The notes beneath the pieces were generated by a model. That model had not been told where the DNA came from. It searched no databases and saw only the letters and a list, made by a program, of their open reading frames with translations. This document shows, in pieces, positions 56,101-64,000 of a DNA stretch of 64,000 nt. Each line of letters starts with the position of its first letter. Position 1 is the first letter of the stretch. The DNA comes from Phoronis australis (taxonomy: Eukaryota; Animalia; Phoronida), in the NCBI GenBank assembly GCA_002633005.1, contig NMRA01000634.1:1-64000 (forward strand). Reading direction: 5' to 3'. The position numbers and the translations under genes are program-made.

Positions 56101-59100
56101 ATATGCACATGTATGCTGTACTTTTTATTTGTTCTCTTTGAATAGATTTGGTAAATGAACTAACTCTCAGTAGATTCTAAGTAATTTTTATAAACCTGAC
56201 AAATCATTGAAATGTAGTATACGTACCCCTGTGTAGTGTACGTACCTTCAACCTCTATGCTATAAAGTATTGCCCACAAGTATGTTTACATACTGCTGTT
56301 CTCATGAAGAATACTGATATTTCCAAAATGAATCCAGTCTGACAAAAAACAATGGACATTATCAAATTTTGGGCAATGAAATGCCACACAGGACTTGGCT
56401 AGTACTTAACATCTTAGAAGACACATCGTGTGATAATTGATGTTGCAGAGGCAGGTTCTCTATCTCTCAAGCCAACTTGCAACAAACCATCAAGTAAAGG
56501 CAGCTCAAAACTCGAGACCATCCCATACATTTGTAACTTATTCAAAATTTGATGTTGATTGACTGTGTGTAGTGTCCCCCCACCCCACCCCCAACCAGTG
56601 CCATTTTTACTGTTTACAAGTGGAACTCTGAGGCTAGCATTGCTTTAACTATTTTAACCAACTGGTGAATGTATTGAAAACTAAGCAAATAGCACCAATA
56701 AAGCTCTTGAAAAAAGTAATTACTGGTCATTTTCTTTTTGTAAGAACCATATTGCAGGAGAGGAAGTTCTCATTATACTGTGTTAAGATATGTAATGTAT
56801 CATAATGTAGAACAACTTGATCAGCACGGTAATAACTTTTCTTAATTTAGTATGTGATATTTCTTCAATTTGATCAAGAACTTGTTAAATTAAGAGCTAC
56901 CTTATGAATTTTTGAATGGTAGAAGTTGGATGTGACCACAAGTTGTAGTGTACGTACCCTTTTGTACAACTGTGATGCATAAGGCCATAAAGTTTTATTC
57001 GGTGGTTCTTGTGCAAAAATATTTTACATTACAAACCTGGAATGATGGTACTTTAAAATAACCCAGCTTTTACAGTTATATGACAACCTTCATTTTTCAC
57101 CAAAAGTGGCCACCGAATATGGACCTTGATTGTGATTTGCCCGTTTGTATTCATTCATTATGTATGTTAAAATAACGTACATTCTGTATAGTTATGAACT
57201 GTCAACATAGTCTCAACTATTTAGATCAAAGTGGTCCAAAAATAAAAGCTACATAAGTTTTGCTGTCTTCAATGCGCACAACATCTACTTATATACGCAC
57301 ACACACGCGCACGCGCACACGCACACGCACGCACACACACACACACACACACACACAAGTTAGTGCTAGTTGACTATTGATTCTTTCCTGTAATTGGCTA
57401 AAAGACAGCACAGTTACTTCCGTTATGCGGCGACGTTGCTCGGTTCACACATGTCTGAAGACGTCGTAAGGCGGTGGGGCAACTACAATTTTTGTGTCTG
57501 TAAGGGGGTTGTCGTTGGGTACCTTATAATTACTTTTAATTTCAACCGATCGGCCTTCAGGTGTGTTGTATTTTGTTTTTGATGAATTTGATTTATTTAA
57601 GCTTAGCCGTGATGTATAGTTGCCCGTGTAACAATCCACTCTTCTTCATTGAAGCTGCGTTGCCATGGAATTGCGGGTGGGTAGTTTCTTCTTACGTGGC
57701 TGAACCGAACCTCACCTCCGCCGTTGGGCCGTTGCCTCTCGCTAACTGTAGTCAGCATTGTATCGACATCACTTGCGCTGGATTCTTTATATCCCCTGAT
57801 GGTTACTGTGTGTTCATGTCTTCTACACCATCTGACCTTGGAAACTTCGATTACTATGCCTCAGTTCATGGATCCACGTTAGGCTGGGACTACTTTTCTC
57901 GGATATGCAGTCAGCGAAAACGTAAGTGATGAATACTCGCATGTTGACCTTAGGTTAAGTTTATGTAGAATCTTATCAACAAGCCCGTTAGTCGAATATC
58001 AAGCCAAAGTGGATTTTGACTCAGTAAAAATAAACATTTTCTATATGCAGAAAGTCAGTAGAATTTGACTTTTAACGTTTGACCATTAGTTGAGTCATGT
58101 CTTTTATTAAAGTTTATCAAAAAGGTACCTAGATAGCATATACAAATTTCGTTCAAGATGAAATCTCTTACTCTTTTCCGATTAATCATTTCGTGTTCGT
58201 TTGATGCAAGTTTGGAGTTTTTTCATGAAAGCCATAAAATATTATATCTGAAAATTTAGTATGAACCGCTTCAGCCATTTCTGAAGTAAGAAGTTGGGAA
58301 TTTAAGCAAATTTAAAATTTTTCTAGGATCCTACATAAAGTTAACCTCTAGAAAGGATTAGGAAATCGCACTGACAATGTCACCTGTAAATGTGTAATTA
58401 TCCTACCTAAGCTTAAGATGGCACAGACAAAAGTTCAAAATTGATATTTTTAGTTTTTATTCACTTCAAATAGAATAATCCATGACACTGAGCCGTTAAA
58501 TATGACGTAACAGATGTCTGATAAAGGTTAATCTGCTTTTGCTGATTGTAAGCTGGCCCAGTGAAAAATCATGTAACCTTCTCATGCCATGAAATAATAA
58601 CGAATTCCATTCCCAAACAAAGATTTTGGAACACCGGTAAGTGAGATGACTAAAAAAACCTGTTAGATTTATACGGACGGCTAACTCTTTTAAAAACCCG
58701 GCTGCATCTTTATTAGTGTCTCAAATCGTTGGTTGCCGTAACCTGTAGGTATCGTGGCTGAGTTCTATAGACGTCAGTGTCTCGCGAATGAAACTACTGC
58801 ATGTGCACACCCAGCCTAAAAAATAGGGGGGCTCGAATTTTAGTAATGTGGACCCTTTGCTAAAAAAAACAAAAAAGTAAAAAACTGGGTACGTCCAGAG
58901 GTATGAATTCTATATTCACCGAATTCCTGCCTTTCCTGGTTATCTGGGCTATCTGGGTGCAGAGTCGACGTCATAACATGTTGGGCACACCCATATATGC
59001 TCAGTCCTCCACCTCAGAAGCTCATGCAGAACACCTTGACTAATTGTTCCAGTAAGGTGCTGATTATGGATTTCCCGCCACATTCCTCTTATTGCAGACT

Positions 59101-59902
59101 TTGATGCGGTTCCCTTGTCTACACTGAACTGTCGCAATCTTTCAACTTTTTCCCCAGTTTCCTCCCCCCTCTTCTCATCCAGAGCAGTAAGCACCTCTGC
59201 CTCACCCGTCTCCAAGGGTCCACCCATATTGCCCATGTTGCGAGCATAGCCAACTTAGAGCAGCACTGGCGGCATCTTCGTCCATGAACATACTAGATTT
59301 CCTCTAATGTTGTACTTTTTCGGACTTTTTGTTTACTTTTTGTTTCACTGAACAGGACCTTTTTGCCCATTTCGTTAAATGGGGGGCTCGTTCGTGCATC
59401 GCCTGGATGCGCGCATTTTCAGTAATTACTTCCTTTGCTTCCAGTGCATGGAGATATCTCGCTAAGACTTGGCAGATACTATCGTTTCGCGAGTGCATGG
59501 AACAGGCACCAGATTTAATATCTGTTAATCTACTTCGTGCTTTTCGTTCTTGGGCTGTAACAGGAAACAAGGTGTTCCTTCAACTGACAAGCATGATAAA
59601 ATACGTAAAAATAATGGTGATGTTAACTGCTCCTCTATCTTCCTCTATGTTGATTTTTAGGGCGAACTAGGAGCATGTCTTTACAAACTGGTAAAACCAT
59701 CATTGGTCACAGCGTATCCAGTTTCACAGTGTTACGAGCTCTAAACTGTATCGAAAAATGTATGGAAGATACAGAGTGCAAGTCAGTTAGCTTCACAAAG
59801 GGAACGACACCCAACTGCGTCTTGAACGACGTCTCTGCTCACACCTTAAAGTCCGTTTTGCAGGAGGAAGCTGGAACAGTTATCTACAGCGTGGTTCCTT
59901 AA
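13623..59902 (+). CDS. Multi-exon gene (24 coding exons, about 1286 aa): secreted mosaic protein with 9 PAN domains, CTLD, SUEL lectin, 3 resistin-like domains and Cys-rich repeats
   Basis: Manual model join(13623-13671,14552-14788,17000-17254,17700-17877,22677-22780,23942-24075,25371-25530,25770-25865,32292-32363,33451-33678,37406-37552,38208-38326,39886-40024,41365-41616,42919-42990,43367-43513,47098-47202,49420-49665,50235-50369,52220-52339,52588-52713,53372-53602,57655-57921,59661-59902) = 3861 nt. All introns are GT-AG with compatible phases and no internal stop. Further exons in gaps cannot be excluded. Confidence 0.85.
14552..14788 (+). CDS. Exon 2: PAN/apple domain 1
   Basis: CERLCEQWSLCKSFTYSAADGNCTL (C-x3-C-x5-C-x-S-F-x-Y...C-x-L); ttaacag| and G|gtaata; phase 1-1. 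Confidence 0.9.
17000..17254 (+). CDS. Exon 3: PAN/apple domain 2
   Basis: CQQHCLDETTFDCKSVNYYTSTSTCELN...YYDKIC; ttttag| and C|gtaagc; phase 1-1. Confidence 0.92.
17700..17877 (+). CDS. Exon 4: C-type lectin domain, N-terminal part
   Basis: CQSGWFTWRGQCYKF...TWLNAIDKCTAESSVLTSINSPQEMDFI, a long-form CTLD start; donor AC|gtaagt is phase 2. Confidence 0.92.
18359..18506. repeat. Two tandem copies of a ~70-bp GC-rich mini element (related copy at about 38613-38685)
   Basis: catgggcggcgcagcactgaaaaaagtgggg...gcccc..gcc is repeated at 18359 and 18431, with similar sequence at 38613. Confidence 0.5.
19833..22558. mobile_element. About 2.7-kb non-autonomous DNA transposon with ~170-bp inverted termini built from AAATGTAACA motifs (intron 4)
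   Basis: 19833-20005 is the imperfect reverse complement of 22411-22558 (e.g. cgtcgaatgcacattcgagaaatgtgccattgttacattt versus aaatgtaacaatggtacatatctcgcatttgcattcgac); no ORF inside. Confidence 0.7.
22677..22780 (+). CDS. Exon 5: C-type lectin domain, middle part (not in the ORF track)
   Basis: KHYPNNEFFIGLSYGVHGNEWIDGSATFYTNFDH carries a WIGL-like FFIGL and the W.DGS...YTN motif. ttacag| and G|gtgagt give phase 2-1, bridging exons 4 and 6. Confidence 0.92.
23942..24075 (+). CDS. Exon 6: SUEL/rhamnose-binding (Gal_Lectin) domain, N-half
   Basis: VVCYPNQLLLKCPIGKVLRIHKANYGRT..PNC with the ANYGR motif; ttttcag| and |gtaagt; phase 1-0. Confidence 0.92.
24291..24712. mobile_element. About 420-bp MITE-like element
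   Basis: Inverted termini tgaaacagtcccaaatttggactcgac and gttgagtctctatttaggactgtttca. Confidence 0.55.
25371..25530 (+). CDS. Exon 7: SUEL lectin domain, C-half
   Basis: DCISPSSFTIIHNACHNKTSCSV...VFGDPCVGERKYIEVDYDC with the DPC and KY motifs; phase 0-1. Confidence 0.92.
25770..25865 (+). CDS. Exon 8: C-type lectin domain, C-terminal part
   Basis: EVNTCAVLDPSAGFAWKGVSCNKSNVGFVCKK (C...W.x..C.....F.C); tttcag| and G|gtgagg; phase 1-1. Confidence 0.92.
27328..27477. other. Assembly gap between the duplicated segments
   Basis: 150 N. Confidence 0.99.
28504..28663 (+). CDS. Exon 7 duplicate or allele (SUEL C-half)
   Basis: Same 160-nt exon with 5 synonymous and 1 nonsynonymous (S>T) differences; AG and GT retained. 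Confidence 0.8.
28865..28960 (+). CDS. Exon 8 duplicate or allele (CTLD C-terminus, WKD variant)
   Basis: EVSTCAVLDPSAGFAWKDVSCNKSNVGFVCKK; 2 synonymous and 2 nonsynonymous differences; splice sites intact. Confidence 0.8.
29296..30472 (+). mobile_element. 1177-bp non-autonomous DNA transposon, ISL2EU-like (AT target-site duplication, AG...CT termini)
   Basis: Absent from copy 1 (empty site tgtca-AT-ttttgat near 26201). The filled site has AT on both sides. Imperfect TIRs (ttgcgagttt/aaactcgcaa) and subterminal actgtgacgtcac.ggaa..ggggcaaaa inverted repeats; internal MSKKHCCYGK*TSDSHY at 29457 resembles a THAP N-terminus. Confidence 0.85.
32292..32363 (+). CDS. Exon 9: resistin-like domain 1, N-half
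   Basis: ARQTYSPLDCTSVSGNSQSATCPA (C-x11-C; compare resistin LECQSVTSRGDLATCPR); ttttccag| and G|gtaaga; 72 nt, phase 1-1. Confidence 0.88.
33451..33678 (+). CDS. Exon 10: resistin-like domain 1 C-half plus domain 2 N-half
   Basis: DFPQGVACRCSCANGRWKHYRRICDCSLCSSNAVSVARCCKPH...VECIENRHTPRIAAPSATCPA; tttcag| and A|gtacgt; phase 1-1. Confidence 0.88.
35192..36630 (+). repeat. Older diverged duplicate of the exon 10 3' end and intron 10 start (33621-34520), interrupted by unrelated sequence
   Basis: 35192-35231 resembles 33621-33667; 35235-35620 resembles 33731-34160; 36360-36630 resembles 34290-34520. Confidence 0.75.
36649..36982. other. Assembly gap flanked by (GA)n and a purine-rich tract
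   Basis: N run with GA repeats on both sides. Confidence 0.98.
37102..37178 (+). repeat. TACAA/TACGA-type pentanucleotide low-complexity repeat
   Basis: gtacaatacaatacaatgcagtacgatataatacaatgcagtacgat... Confidence 0.8.
37406..37552 (+). CDS. Exon 11: resistin-like domain 2, C-half
   Basis: NFPTATDCSCGYCNADFEITNENTCNCSSATTDWATAQCCRI, close to the resistin/RELM pattern TGCxCG..CGSWDI....TCHCQC...DW..ARCC; tttgcag| and G|gttggt. Confidence 0.9.
38208..38326 (+). CDS. Exon 12: PAN domain 3, N-half
   Basis: GDQLIEKYLTIDGIVIDGHDNWTPSGVTSEDECLQACENQ; phase 1-0, CAG|gtgact. Confidence 0.85.
39886..40024 (+). CDS. Exon 13: PAN domain 3, C-half (not in the ORF track)
   Basis: VGCNSVEFKSSDSTCRLSG...GYTYYERLDGE; attag| phase 0 and G|gtgagg phase 1; completes the PAN cysteine pattern. 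Confidence 0.85.
41365..41616 (+). CDS. Exon 14: PAN domain 4
   Basis: CMTICLEDSSCKSTDFDSSTKTCYL; tttacag| and G|gtaaga. Confidence 0.92.
42919..42990 (+). CDS. Exon 15: resistin-like domain 3, N-half
   Basis: DPFFTCDTVKSSEADANQFSCGAI; 72 nt like exon 9; tttcag| and G|gtatat; phase 1-1. Confidence 0.75.
43367..43513 (+). CDS. Exon 16: PAN domain 5, N-part
   Basis: HFTYVQTAILSGYNDE...ACLKQCHNSASCKTIDYY; tttcag| and G|gtaaaa. Confidence 0.88.
43905..44766 (+). mobile_element. L1/Tx1-like LINE 3' fragment (zf-RVT region, 3' UTR, A-rich tail)
   Basis: DVKLKEFHFRL*NGIISCKSFLHKIIVKDSDTCSFCEEESE; ends in aataaacattaaaaaa. Confidence 0.7.
44900..46300 (-). mobile_element. Heavily decayed Gypsy-type LTR retrotransposon pol remnant (RT end/RNase H)
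   Basis: ORF 45499-45969: SSFHGVNEYQNCSPDGAECVKPVRKM resembles the generic RSFLG.VNYY.KFIPN.AE..KPLR.L pattern; MLVVDTAVIGA and KLLQICFHTERFGHHI resemble L.TDAS..GIGA and ELLAI.FA.ERF.Y. Boundaries are approximate and no LTRs were identified. Confidence 0.5.
47098..47202 (+). CDS. Exon 17: PAN domain 5, C-part
   Basis: AKTFICHISYSDRFAVSAYLADSAYFEHFIFDSYR supplies the fourth PAN Cys; ttttccag| and G|gtaagt. Confidence 0.85.
47893..47982 (+). repeat. (CA)n microsatellite
   Basis: About 45 CA units, imperfect at the 3' end. Confidence 0.98.
49420..49665 (+). CDS. Exon 18: PAN domain 6
   Basis: TAEECMQLCFDNPTCKSIDHDPVSGTCHLS...YDYYE; catcag| and G|gtaagg. Confidence 0.92.
50235..50369 (+). CDS. 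Exon 19: resistin-like domain 3, C-half (not in the ORF track)
   Basis: AYPTDCSCSGCASYDYLNDVTGCRCHASDNWGMVLCCHAKSLRRP, paralogous to exon 11 (TDCSC..C...CxC...W....CC); ttacag| and C|gtaagt. Confidence 0.88.
50915..51700 (+). mobile_element. L1/Tx1-like LINE ORF2 C-terminal fragment
   Basis: FWTDVF...QPLWLTSNILIG...EKGVRFVCDLY and DIRLKWMQMRIVHRIIGTNKLLLQIGASDSGLCSFCH (zf-RVT pattern). Confidence 0.75.
52220..52339 (+). CDS. Exon 20: GCC2/GCC3 (ephrin-receptor-like) Cys-rich repeat
   Basis: PCKPGTYSPTGYHGSIRCSPCSAGTFSSNTGSTECQKCPA; ttacag| and G|gtaggt. Confidence 0.92.
52588..52713 (+). CDS. Exon 21: GCC2/GCC3-type Cys-rich repeat, continued
   Basis: GYYSAQGQAQCTPCDHGSISNISRITCEPCPSGYTSLLGECA; tgtcag| and G|gtaatg. 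Confidence 0.9.
53086..53124 (+). repeat. (CA)n microsatellite
   Basis: Visible CA run. Confidence 0.9.
53372..53602 (+). CDS. Exon 22: PAN domain 7
   Basis: SAEACRQYCEHSVTCVGFTYNTATGACSPK; gtatag| and G|gtaaga. Confidence 0.9.
54813..57141. mobile_element. About 2.3-kb non-autonomous TIR element with an internal ~345-bp tandem duplication
   Basis: aaatcgcaatcaaggtccatattcg (54817-54841) versus cgaatatggaccttgattgtgattt (57114-57138) match 24/25 as inverted repeats; gagtgaaatattagcatttg at 55681 and 56026. Confidence 0.7.
57296..57357 (+). repeat. (CA)n/(CGCA)n microsatellite
   Basis: Visible repeat. Confidence 0.9.
57655..57921 (+). CDS. Exon 23: PAN domain 8
   Basis: WNCGW...LANCSQHCIDITCAGFFISPDGYCVFM...WDYFSRIC; donor C|gtaagt. 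The exon start could alternatively be 57607 (also phase 1, in frame). Confidence 0.85.
59661..59902 (+). CDS. Exon 24 (terminal): PAN domain 9 and stop codon
   Basis: tttttag|; RRTRSMSLQTGKTIIGH...NCIEKCMEDTECKSVSFTKGTTPNCVLN...VVP then TAA. Confidence 0.9.
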
Positions 59903-62775
59903 ATTGATACTCCGGGTGTTTTACAACTGCATAATGTTCTCACGGGATGCAGCAACGTGGAATGTCAGTTGATAGAACCAGTTTGGGCGGATATCACTTA
60001 TACTGGATTTCTTGTTTTTTAACTTCTTTTGACATCAGTGTATCTACGTTGTAAGAAAGCTCTCACCATTGTTTAACTACGAGTGGTGATGGAGAAATGG
60101 TATGTATTATATACTTTCATATCTTTTCATTTTCATATAACAAAAGCATGATTGTACTATACATTTCTTTAATTCCTTTGCTCCAGTGTACACTGTAACT
60201 ACGGAGCACATCGACCATCTTTTGTGTGAAACATCAAATAATGTTACCTTACATTGTATTATCCACTTTTTCATTGTTTTTAAAGTTAGTAAAAAGCATT
60301 TTGGTGATTCCATCTCAATTATTTAGAATATGGTGCAGCACTTTTATAGCGAATAGAGGTTTCATGACGGCTTGAGGTTTAATATCCGAACTCGAATTCA
60401 AATTTCAAGTTATTTTCGACAGTTTATCTTTTAACTTATTGTGATCTTAAATGCATTAAGGCTTACTTAAACAAGTATCCAGTCCAATTCCACACTTGAT
60501 GACCGCTATATTATAGCTACAAACTCGAGTTCAGACTCGAAATTTCGAGATCACTCGTAAGTAGTGCAGAAAATTTACAAAACTTTGGAATTCTACTTTA
60601 AACAGTCAGTAGTCAATATTGTTATTGATACCCCTGTTCTTTGAATAACTAAAACTCAATTCGACGATTTTCGTTGTGAGTTGGTGTTGCTCGGTAGCCA
60701 TGTAATATCAATTTTCATTCAAGCCACTCGCACGTCAGAGTTTGTTATTCTTAATCTGACCATTTAACATTTAAATGATGTAGAAAGAAGTCTCCTTATC
60801 TTAATGTAAGTAGCCTATAATGGGTGGCACTGCAGTAATGGCTGAATACGCCATCTGGTGGCCCAACTAAGATGGCCTCGAACTAACTTTAGCACCAGGT
60901 ATCCCTGAAGTGTTGGACAAACCAATCGTGATATGGGACTGCCTATGAAGGATGTGTACTTATTGTTGAAATTGCCATTGTTTATTTGAATATGAATAGG
61001 GTTGTCTAGTTTGTTATTATTTTCATTGTATTACTGTTATTATTAGTTTTTATTGTCACAAAATGTTAAATTATTACCAATATTACAATTTTTATTTTTA
61101 TTTTTAAAATAACCGTTACTATTCTTATCATTTTATTATTAATAATAATGTTTGATTACTCATGTTTGAGCATTTGCAGACCTATACGCCTACATCCGTT
61201 CTAATGCAGCCATCCTTTCTTCTTTTTTCAAACGAAACATTTTAAAACTTGTCACGCAGAATATGTCAAATTCCTGACACAGCACTTCCACTTCTGCCTT
61301 GCGACATTTGAAGTACACTGCGACTGATATTTTTTCCACTCATGTAGTTGTTCTGCTTCAAACGAACTAGAAGTTTATTGTTGAAAGCGAGTATGCAACT
61401 GTCATTATTAACCAACAGAGCTCTATTTGTATGGCTCTGCTTAATCTCCCGTATGTGAATGTTTAACGTCACAATCATGCCCGCAATGACATGACAAATT
61501 TCATGTTATCAATGGTGATTATAACGCAGTTGCTATTAAAATCGAACAGTCTCCTATGTTATTGCCACCTTTAATTTCATCCATTTTATGACAGTTTCCA
61601 CCAGCATTATCTGTTTAAGTTGTTAAGAAGCAACAAATGTGACTTCTACACACTTCTAACACGAAAGTAAAACAATAGTTATAGCCTTTTAGAATATTAC
61701 TACTACACATTTTCCTTAGCGAGACACTATTTTCTCCTCATTTTAAATCAATTTCAGTACAAGTCTAACGCACTGGTGATTGCAAACAAATAAGAGATAG
61801 AATGTACGAAACGATCTACTTTATTTGTTACCTTATATTGATGAGACCGATGGTATGATCTTATTGATTTAATCAGGGCTAGCAAAGCAAAGGATGTCTG
61901 GAATGAAACAATAAATCTGAAAGGTTTTGAAGTGCTCAAATTTGGTTTTTCACCTTGCGAACTCACTTGAATGCGTCACTAGCAAGGAACTGAATTGAAT
62001 GCATAAATTCACGCATCCTAAACACAAATTCAACCCCAGTGGTTCTTTTTTCACATTTTAGATATACTTTAATCATATCCAGCTTCCCTATTTCAATAGT
62101 CGTCCACGACAGTGGTGTAATTCTAATGAAACGTGATTTGCGGTAACCTTAAAAGGACACTATACCCGGCTTGGGTGTATCAACAGCTAATTAAACGACA
62201 TTCCGTCCAGTTCTTTGAAACGAAATAATGCTCTGTAATTCTCGACTACCGTAAAATTTAGAGGAAAATTTGAAAACTCCGTTCAGAGTTTGCTAAACGG
62301 GCAAGCGTGACCTACGCTTTTAACGAATTGCACTTCAACTGTGGGAAAAGACCACCTAGCAAGAACGATAATGTCCAATTTGTGAAACAGAGGGTGTGAG
62401 TTATTGGTTCATTCCGGCTTTTATCTGTGAAGATTGACCCCAATGATGCAGTACCAGGTGACCGAACGAGAACTGCTTGAAATCATCAAAACACTTTAGT
62501 ATCTTTTAAGGGTATACGGTTCTCCACATCTTAAGGGTGCTCAAGGTCGTGTAAATACAATAAGCGATCATGTAAGCAGCAAAAGGCCTACCAATCTAAC
62601 GAGCAAACCAGAGAACAGGTGCATTAGTGGTCGTATGATCATACAACAATGGTATTTGAATGTCACTTTGTGAATGTTCGCATTAAACTGAGATTTTCCG
62701 GGATGGTTCGATTTTCGCATGACTAGTGAGAAACATTGAAAAGTGCAATTATGTGGAACTCACGAGTGCAAACCA

Positions 62776-63003
62776 CATGCGCGCACCCAGGGGGGGGCTC
62801 GGGGGGGCTCGAAAGAAGTGGCGATGTGGGCAAAATGTCGGCCTCAGAGAAACAAAAACCCCGAAAAAGTAGAAAACGAGATTAACAAAATTCGGCGAAT
62901 GTACAATTCCTAGCTTTGAATGTACCCCGCGAATCTTAGTAAAAGGTCTACATTCTCAAAAATTCGAGCCCCCGCCCCGCATGTTAGGCTACGTGCGCGC
63001 ATG
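62776..63003. mobile_element. About 230-bp MITE (related partial copy near 58800)
   Basis: Perfect 11-bp TIR CATGCGCGCAC / GTGCGCGCATG; internal gggggctcgaa and ttcgagccccc inverted motifs. Confidence 0.65.
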
Positions 63004-64000
63004 AATCAGCACTACAAATAGATGAATATTTAAATGCAACATTCAGTGCAAAAGACGCAGATGTATTATGATACAGTCGACGAATTAAGGTTATGTAGGA
63101 CTTGTCTGTACATTTAGCCTAATATCAACAAAACAATAAAATTTAACTCGGCCAGAGTATATATTTCCTGTAAGTAGAAATTGTGTACTAGAGTCTCTCA
63201 AACAGCCTCAGGATGGTACTGGGTTTTGAAATGCTGATGATCGAAGATTATTGCAGATCTTGACCACAAATTACAACATCTGCTATTATAAATAACACAA
63301 ATTAGACTGCAACAGTCATCAAAGAAGTTGTACACCTCAAGAAAACACAAACGAAGACACGCTGGCGCACGCTTACCACACAAGGTTGGGCAGTGTACAT
63401 TTTGCTGTCAACTATATGAGTTTCACAAGCGCACGTGTCCTATTATGGCCAAAGGACGTGAAAAATGCGGAGGATGAAACCATTTCGATGTGCAAGAAAT
63501 CATAACACAAACATGATCAGCTCCAACTATAATAAAACGTTATGAGTATTAATACTGTTTCCACTCACGCATGCGTACGACTGGCTATTGAGAACAAAGT
63601 TCTCAATTTGTTTAACGACATAGGGAGCCTTGTAAACAAATTAGAGGCAAGGTATATCTGTAGTATCTCCCTACAGCAGTACAAGCGTGTCTTTAAAATG
63701 TGGCACGATTCCAAGAAGACAGCCTTAGGTGAATGCCGACTAACACGAAGAAACTTAGCAAACATCAGACAAAATGATATGCGCTTTGTAGTAAGTCCTT
63801 TCGGGTTTGTATGCCTGCTTTCCAGCAAGAAGATTGTCACCGGGGTCAACAACGTCAACGGACATGAATCTGACAATACTATTGATAACCTCCGAGCTGT
63901 ATTTGGTAGAGATCTTAAAAGTTAGATTGCGTGAAGTTTACTTGACTGTCGAAGCAAATGTAACCCTAATGGTTCCCCCTGCTAAACGCATTCTTGTAGC

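Noticed and set aside
55370-56960. Repeated 15-mer with intervening sequence, superficially CRISPR-like
   Set aside because: Irregular spacing, intervening sequences are themselves duplicated, eukaryotic intron context, and no cas genes.
58949-59570. Minus-strand ORFs, one ending in WVCPTC (PHD-like tail)
   Set aside because: Incomplete motif and no splice-supported model; possibly a transposon relic.
63198-63925. ORFs near the window end (127 aa on +, 103 aa on -)
   Set aside because: No recognisable domain or splice-supported structure; cannot be told apart from chance ORFs or decayed repeats.

Overview
This is AT-rich, repeat-laden eukaryotic (animal, probably marine invertebrate) genomic DNA with three assembly gaps. 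The six-frame ORF track is mostly noise. Reading splice sites by hand gives one apparently complete + strand gene spanning 13623..59902: 24 coding exons, all GT-AG, joined in one open frame of 3861 nt (about 1286 aa). It encodes a secreted mosaic protein with no transmembrane segment. Domain order: signal peptide, PAN, PAN, a C-type lectin domain with a complete SUEL/rhamnose-binding lectin domain nested in its long loop, two resistin/RELM-like domains, PAN, PAN, a third resistin-like domain split by two inserted PAN domains, GCC2/GCC3-type Cys-rich repeats, PAN, PAN, an RKRR site, PAN. The main points of interest are the resistin-like modules (a family best known from vertebrates) and the domain-inside-domain layout at phase-1 introns. 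Exons 7-8 occur twice on either side of an N-gap, most likely as two unmerged haplotypes, one carrying a 1177-bp ISL2EU-like insertion with an AT target-site duplication. The rest is decayed LINEs, a Gypsy remnant, MITE-like elements and microsatellites. All domain calls come from motif recognition by eye; no searches were run.
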